Assembly (NCBI GenBank): GCA_963707025.1
Contig: CAVPOM010000018.1
Coordinates: 288,001-352,000, forward strand
Direction of reading: 5' to 3'
Source of the DNA: an uncultured Verrucomicrobiae bacterium
GTDB taxonomy: Bacteria > Verrucomicrobiota > Verrucomicrobiia > Limisphaerales > Palsa-1400
DNA length: 64,000 bases
Each line of letters starts with the position of its first letter. Positions within the stretch are counted from its first letter, which is position 1. Positions 59,298 to 64,000 of the stretch are shown piece after piece. Under the pieces are notes generated by a model, which worked only from the letters and a program-made list of their open reading frames with translations, had not been told where the DNA came from and did no database searches. Both the position numbers and the translations under genes were made by a program.

Positions 59298-62200
59298 TCA
59301 CTGCGCCGGCGCCAGGCTGGCGGCCAGCCGGTAGAACACGCTGGCTCCCGGCGTCTGGCCGACCGTGAAGAAACCGCTGCCGTCATTGGTGTTGAGCGCG
59401 GGCCTGTTGGTCAGCGTGACCCAGGCGGGATTGACCAGGGTGGCGGAGGACTGGAGTTGGTAAACGCGCCCGGCCTGGTCAGGCGCAAAGGTGACCGTCA
59501 CATTAGTGGAGGGTCCGGGCGTGACCAGGAATTGCAGTTGACTCGAACTGGAGGTGGGGTCGGTGCCCAGCACATATTCCGCGTAATTGGAATAGCCGTC
59601 GCCATCAGGGTCGGCGGAAGCCCCGGCGATGGCGGCGTTGGTGGCGTTCGCGCCGAAATAGAAATTAGCCCACCAGGCCGGCACGGCGCCGCTGGCCGGA
59701 ACGTCCTGGGACAGCTCGTAAGCCCAGCGCACGCCATTGGCCACCACGCTGGTCGTGGGGTCGCCGGAGTCGTTGCGGATGGTGAGGTTGCCCTTGGTGC
59801 CGGTGGCAAAATATATTCCCGTGACCAGCGGCTGCCAACCGCCGCCGTTGATGGTTTGATTGACATAGGCCAGGACCACGTTCGTCCCGCCGTTGGCAAC
59901 CATTGGCGTATTGCTGGAGAATGCCCCGGGCTTGGTGGGATACCAGATGGATACATCGTAAAGGCCCGCCACCATAATGTTCGGCGAATAAGCGGCCGAG
60001 GCCGTCGGGCTCCCGGCGACACCCTGGACATATTCGTAGTTGGCCGACCCGAAAATGCCCTGCGCCACCGAGCCGATGGTCCATCCGCTGCCCGAATAGT
60101 CCGCGTCCATTGTGCCGAGCGTCAGCGAAGAGGTCGTGGAGAACGTTCCGTTGGTCGTGTATAAAACCGACGGAAACGCGTTCTCGATGGTGACCACCGA
60201 CCCGTTGGTCACGTCCACCGCCGCCAACGCCGGCGTCATGGATCGGGCTTGGAAGACGTAGTTGGTATCCGGGATAAGCCCCGTCAACAGGACCACGTGG
60301 CGGTTGGTGGGCGTCAGATTCAAGTACGACACGTTGCTGGTGGTGGTCAATCCGTAATCCACCTGGGACGTGGTGTTGGAGACCGTGTTCCAAGTGATGA
60401 AGACGCCGGTAACTCCCGCCACCACCGTCAGGTTGGCAAACGGCGTCAGCGCGCTCACGGTCGTTACCACCTTGGCGCTGTTGTTGCCGAAACTGCTGTC
60501 CGCCAGGCTGTCCCCCGCCACCGCCGTATTGGTCGCCTTGCCGGCGGTGAGCGCCGTGGCCAGGACGGTCACGCTGGCCCCCTGGCCGTTGGACAGGGTG
60601 CCGATGTTGAAGATGATCGTGTTCTGGTTGGCGCTGTAAGTCAGGCCCAGCGGCAGCGACACCCCCGCAAAGGCCAGGGCCGCCGGCAGCGTATTGGTCA
60701 GCGCCACACTCGTCGCCCGCACCGGCCCCTGGTTCACCACGTTCAGGGTATAGGCCACCGTTTGGCCCACCATGATCGCAGCGGGACTGCCGGTCATGGT
60801 CAAAGACACGTCGGGCGCGTCCACCGCCGTCGGCTCCGTCGCCATGTTATTCGCCGGATTGGCATCCGGCACCAAGTTGCCCACCACCGCCACATTGGGA
60901 ACCCGCCCAACGGACAGACCCGTGGCGGTGATGACCACCAACCCGCTCTCGCCGGGGAGCAACGGCTCATCCAACGTGGCGATAATATCCGTCTGGCCAT
61001 TGGTGCCGGGGTCCGGACCGGCCGTGTAAGCTCCTTTGCGCACGCTGACGCTGGCCAATTGCAGGCTGGGCGGCAGGAAATTCGTCACCGCCACCCCAAA
61101 AGCCGGCACCGGCCCCAAATTGGTGAAGTTGAGCGTGTAAGTCACCACATCCCCCACCGTCATGAACGCGGGCGAGCCGGTCATGCCAATCGCCAGGTCG
61201 GCCGGCACGACAAAATTGGTCGCCACACCGAAGTTATTGGTGATGGTGGGATCAACTATCCCCAGCGCAATCGAACTGCACGTGACCGGGCCGAATCCCG
61301 AGAAAGGCGGCGGCAGCGCCGCCACCGCCGTCAGCCCAAAGACCACGGTCTGCCCGTTGGTCATCGTTCCTATACTCACCACCACGTCATTCTGGCCGGC
61401 ATTGGTAAAGTAGCTTCCTCCAGGCGGCAGCGTCACGCCTGTCAAGGCAAGGCTCCCCGAAAACAGGTTCGACACATAAACCCCCAGCGCCGTCACCGGC
61501 CCCTGGTTGCTCACCGTCACCGTGTAAGTTACCGGTGGCGCCCCATAGCCGATCTGGGCGGGCGAGCCGGTGATCGCCAAATTCAAATCAGCCCCAAGGA
61601 TCGTCGCCGCCAGGCCGGTGAAGTTGTTGTTGGTAAACAGATCCAACACTCCCGGGCCGGGTGTGATCGCGGCAAAGTTGGTCGCGTTGCCAATCCCCAC
61701 CGCCGTCGTCCGCACCAGGATGGTGGCGGTGCCCTTGAGCGGCAGCGCCCCCACCTGCCAGGTCAGGGTATTGCCGTTCAGCACATAGTTCTGCTTGACT
61801 CCGTTGTTCGTCGGGAAGGCCAGGACCACGCTCACCTCGGACGGAAAAACATCCGTCACGCTGGCCGCCGTAACCGCGCTCGGGCCGGCATTGCTCACCG
61901 TCAGGAAGTAATTGATCACCGACCCAATCTGCAAAATGTTGGTCGTATTGATCAGGACCGAGGTGATGGACACGTCGGCCAGTCCTTTGAGCACCACCGG
62001 CGCCACCGTGATATCCAACTTGTTGGTCTTGCCGTCGGGATTCCCGCCGCCGCTTCCAGAATTATCCGCCCAGACCGGGTAGAAAGTCCCCCCGTAAAAC
62101 GCCAGGCCGGTATCATCCCCAAAATCCGTCGGACTGATGGCGTAAGGCGCATAGTAACCGTTGGTGGTGAACTTGGAACTGGTGACGTTGACATTCTTCT

Positions 62201-63646
62201 GGAAAGACGCCCCCCCATCCAGGCTCACCGTGGCGTACATCATCGCCGATTGGTTGGCGATCCCGGTCACCGTCCCGGAGAGGTTGGTGCTGAAATTAGT
62301 GCTGAGGGCATTGGCGGTGAGGGTGTTGGCGGCGGCGTTGGTCACGTAAGTGGGGTTGCCGTTGGTTATTACATAGTTTGTATTGCCGTTGTTGAGGATC
62401 GGGTTCCCATTGGTGTCCACGTCAATGGCATTCATTAACGTCGTAGAGGTCACGATGGCCCCCATGTCGTTGCGGCAGTCATACCAACTCAGCGCCAGCA
62501 CCCCATCGGTTGGGTCCACCGCCACCCGCGGCAAAAACCGGCTGTTCGTGCCCACGTCATTGGCCGCCAACTGCATGCTCCAGGTCTGCCCGTTATCCAT
62601 CGAGGAATTCAGATAAATCGCCGTGTTGGTGAAGTCTCCGCCGGCTCCCGGCCCCGCGCACACCAGGTAAACCCGGCCATAATTTGGACTCAGCGGACTG
62701 GTGTCCCACGCCAGTCCCGACGCCGCGTTAATCCCCTGTCCATCCGGCGTCGCCGGAAGCAGCGTGTTGCCGCCCAGCGCATTTTCCGCCGCCGCCACCG
62801 CCGGATTAAACGGGTCAGGTCCCAAACCGTCCGGGTCCACGCTCACGTAATTGGTCGCCGTGCCGGCCGCGTCGAACAGGTTTTGATAGACCGCCATCAC
62901 CTGCCCCTGCGGGCCCACCGCGATGTCCCCAAAACCGCAGTTATTGGTCGAACCCGGCACAATCTCCGCCGGTCCGAAGGTCCCAAAGGCATTGGTTCCC
63001 GTCACCGCCGCCCCTTGCGCCACCAGCGGACTGAAAGCCAGGCTGAAATCCTTGTACAGCACCCAAACGCTGCCCATGTTCGTCCCGCCGGCCGCGATCC
63101 TGGCTCCAAGACAAAATCCCCCGTCGCCAGGTTGGTCAAGCCGCTGGCATAATTGGTCAGCACGCTAAAATTGGTCCCGCCGTTGGTGCTCACCGCCACA
63201 TCAATCCCCGACCCTTGCGCCGCGCCATCCACGTAGGCCAGGAACAAATTCCCCAAACCGTCCCACGCCACCGCCGGATACGCCCCCGCCGGCAGATTGC
63301 CCAGCGAAACCGCCGTCCAATTGCTCCCGCCGTTAATACTCAGAGCGCCGAAAAGCCCGGCCTCCACGTTCGTGTTCGCCGCGATAAACATTTGCGCCGG
63401 ATTCTGCGGATTGTAGGCAATGACTCCGTCCGATTCGTTCCCCTTCACCTTGGTCACATCAAAGTTCCCCGCCGCAGTGTTCAACGTCAACTGCCCTTGC
63501 GCCGCCCCGCTCCAGAGCACCGCCAAAACCGCGGCCAGCCCCGCCAGCCGCCGCGCCCCGCCGCCGCCTCCCCGCTCCCGCCAAAAGAACCCGGTGCAAG
63601 TGCTGGCAACCGGAACCGCAATCCAACGATGGTCAAAAGTTTTCAT
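59298..63646 (-). CDS. Large secreted protein: sialidase-like N-terminus, 4x DUF11, FN3-like and golvesin-like domains (frameshift near 63100)
   Basis: SxxGGxNW/F Asp boxes, ADLxI...YTxTVxNxGP DUF11 repeats and DPDGDGYSNYAEY. One missing base (CCA-GG ATC) joins ORFs 63002-63718 and 59298-63077. Confidence 0.8.
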
Positions 63647-63754
63647 AGATTTCCAATAATCTCCTTCCAGCGCAACGGCGGCCTGCCGCGCCTCTCGCAG
63701 GCTCACGGTCATTGGCAACGCCGGTTTGCAACATATTGCGACCGATCCATCCGT

Positions 63755-64000
63755 TCATCCACACTCCGGGCAATATGCCGCCACCATCGGCTGAACGGCC
63801 ACTCCGCGCCCCGCCCCCGCTTCCGCCCCCGCCGCGGCATTCCGGGCCAGGCACGCCAACAACCCGTCCAACTTCTCCCGCGAATACTCGCCCATCAGGC
63901 AAATCTGAATCCAATTCCGCTGCCGCAGATAATCGCTGTTGCAACTCAGCAGAAAACCGGCCTGTTCCAACCGCTGCGCCAACTCCAGGCCGCTCTGACC
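63755..64000 (-). CDS. Class V PLP-dependent aminotransferase-like protein, C-terminus (partial)
   Basis: LEQAGFLLSCNSDYLRQRNWIQICLMG resembles the class V C-terminal small domain. Confidence 0.6.
   Translation of the reverse strand, partial: GQSGLELAQRLEQAGFLLSCNSDYLRQRNWIQICLMGEYSREKLDGLLACLARNAAAGAEAGAGRGVAVQPMVAAYCPECG

Overview
High-GC chromosomal window. Gene content and repeat style suggest Verrucomicrobiota, probably Pedosphaera-like (inference). From left to right it contains: (1) an mntR(partial)/mntH divergon, a DUF3857-transglutaminase gene, a ParDE pair, two GH105/88 hydrolases and two beta-propeller genes. (2) A decayed mobile island at ~10.5-17.4 kb. It holds a GIY-YIG nuclease gene, a clean 60-bp attC site, a PD-(D/E)XK-like cassette ORF, an IntI-like integrase remnant and a putative rolling-circle Rep remnant. 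It also has two independent inverted insertions of one IS4 element (each with its own 9-bp TSD), an IS-disrupted GxxExxY gene bracketed by inverted repeats, and an addiction module. (3) ndh and a giant beta-strand-repeat secreted protein. (4) An ECF42/YciI/YciI/DHFR block bracketed by 135-bp ungapped inverted repeats, followed by an iteron-like TGTAACG array. (5) A propeller sensor kinase/NarL pair, htpX, a MazF-type TA pair and an orphan antitoxin. (6) A full-length dcw cluster (mraZ to ftsZ) that lacks murC, murD and murE but keeps murF, and carries an unknown gene sharing a short motif with the FtsZ tail. (7) queA, a YtrA-type ABC system whose permease is fused to an RCC1-like propeller, two large secreted repeat proteins and a partial aminotransferase gene. 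At least seven apparent frameshifts, most traceable to single-base indels, suggest long-read errors. No rRNA, tRNA or CRISPR array was found.
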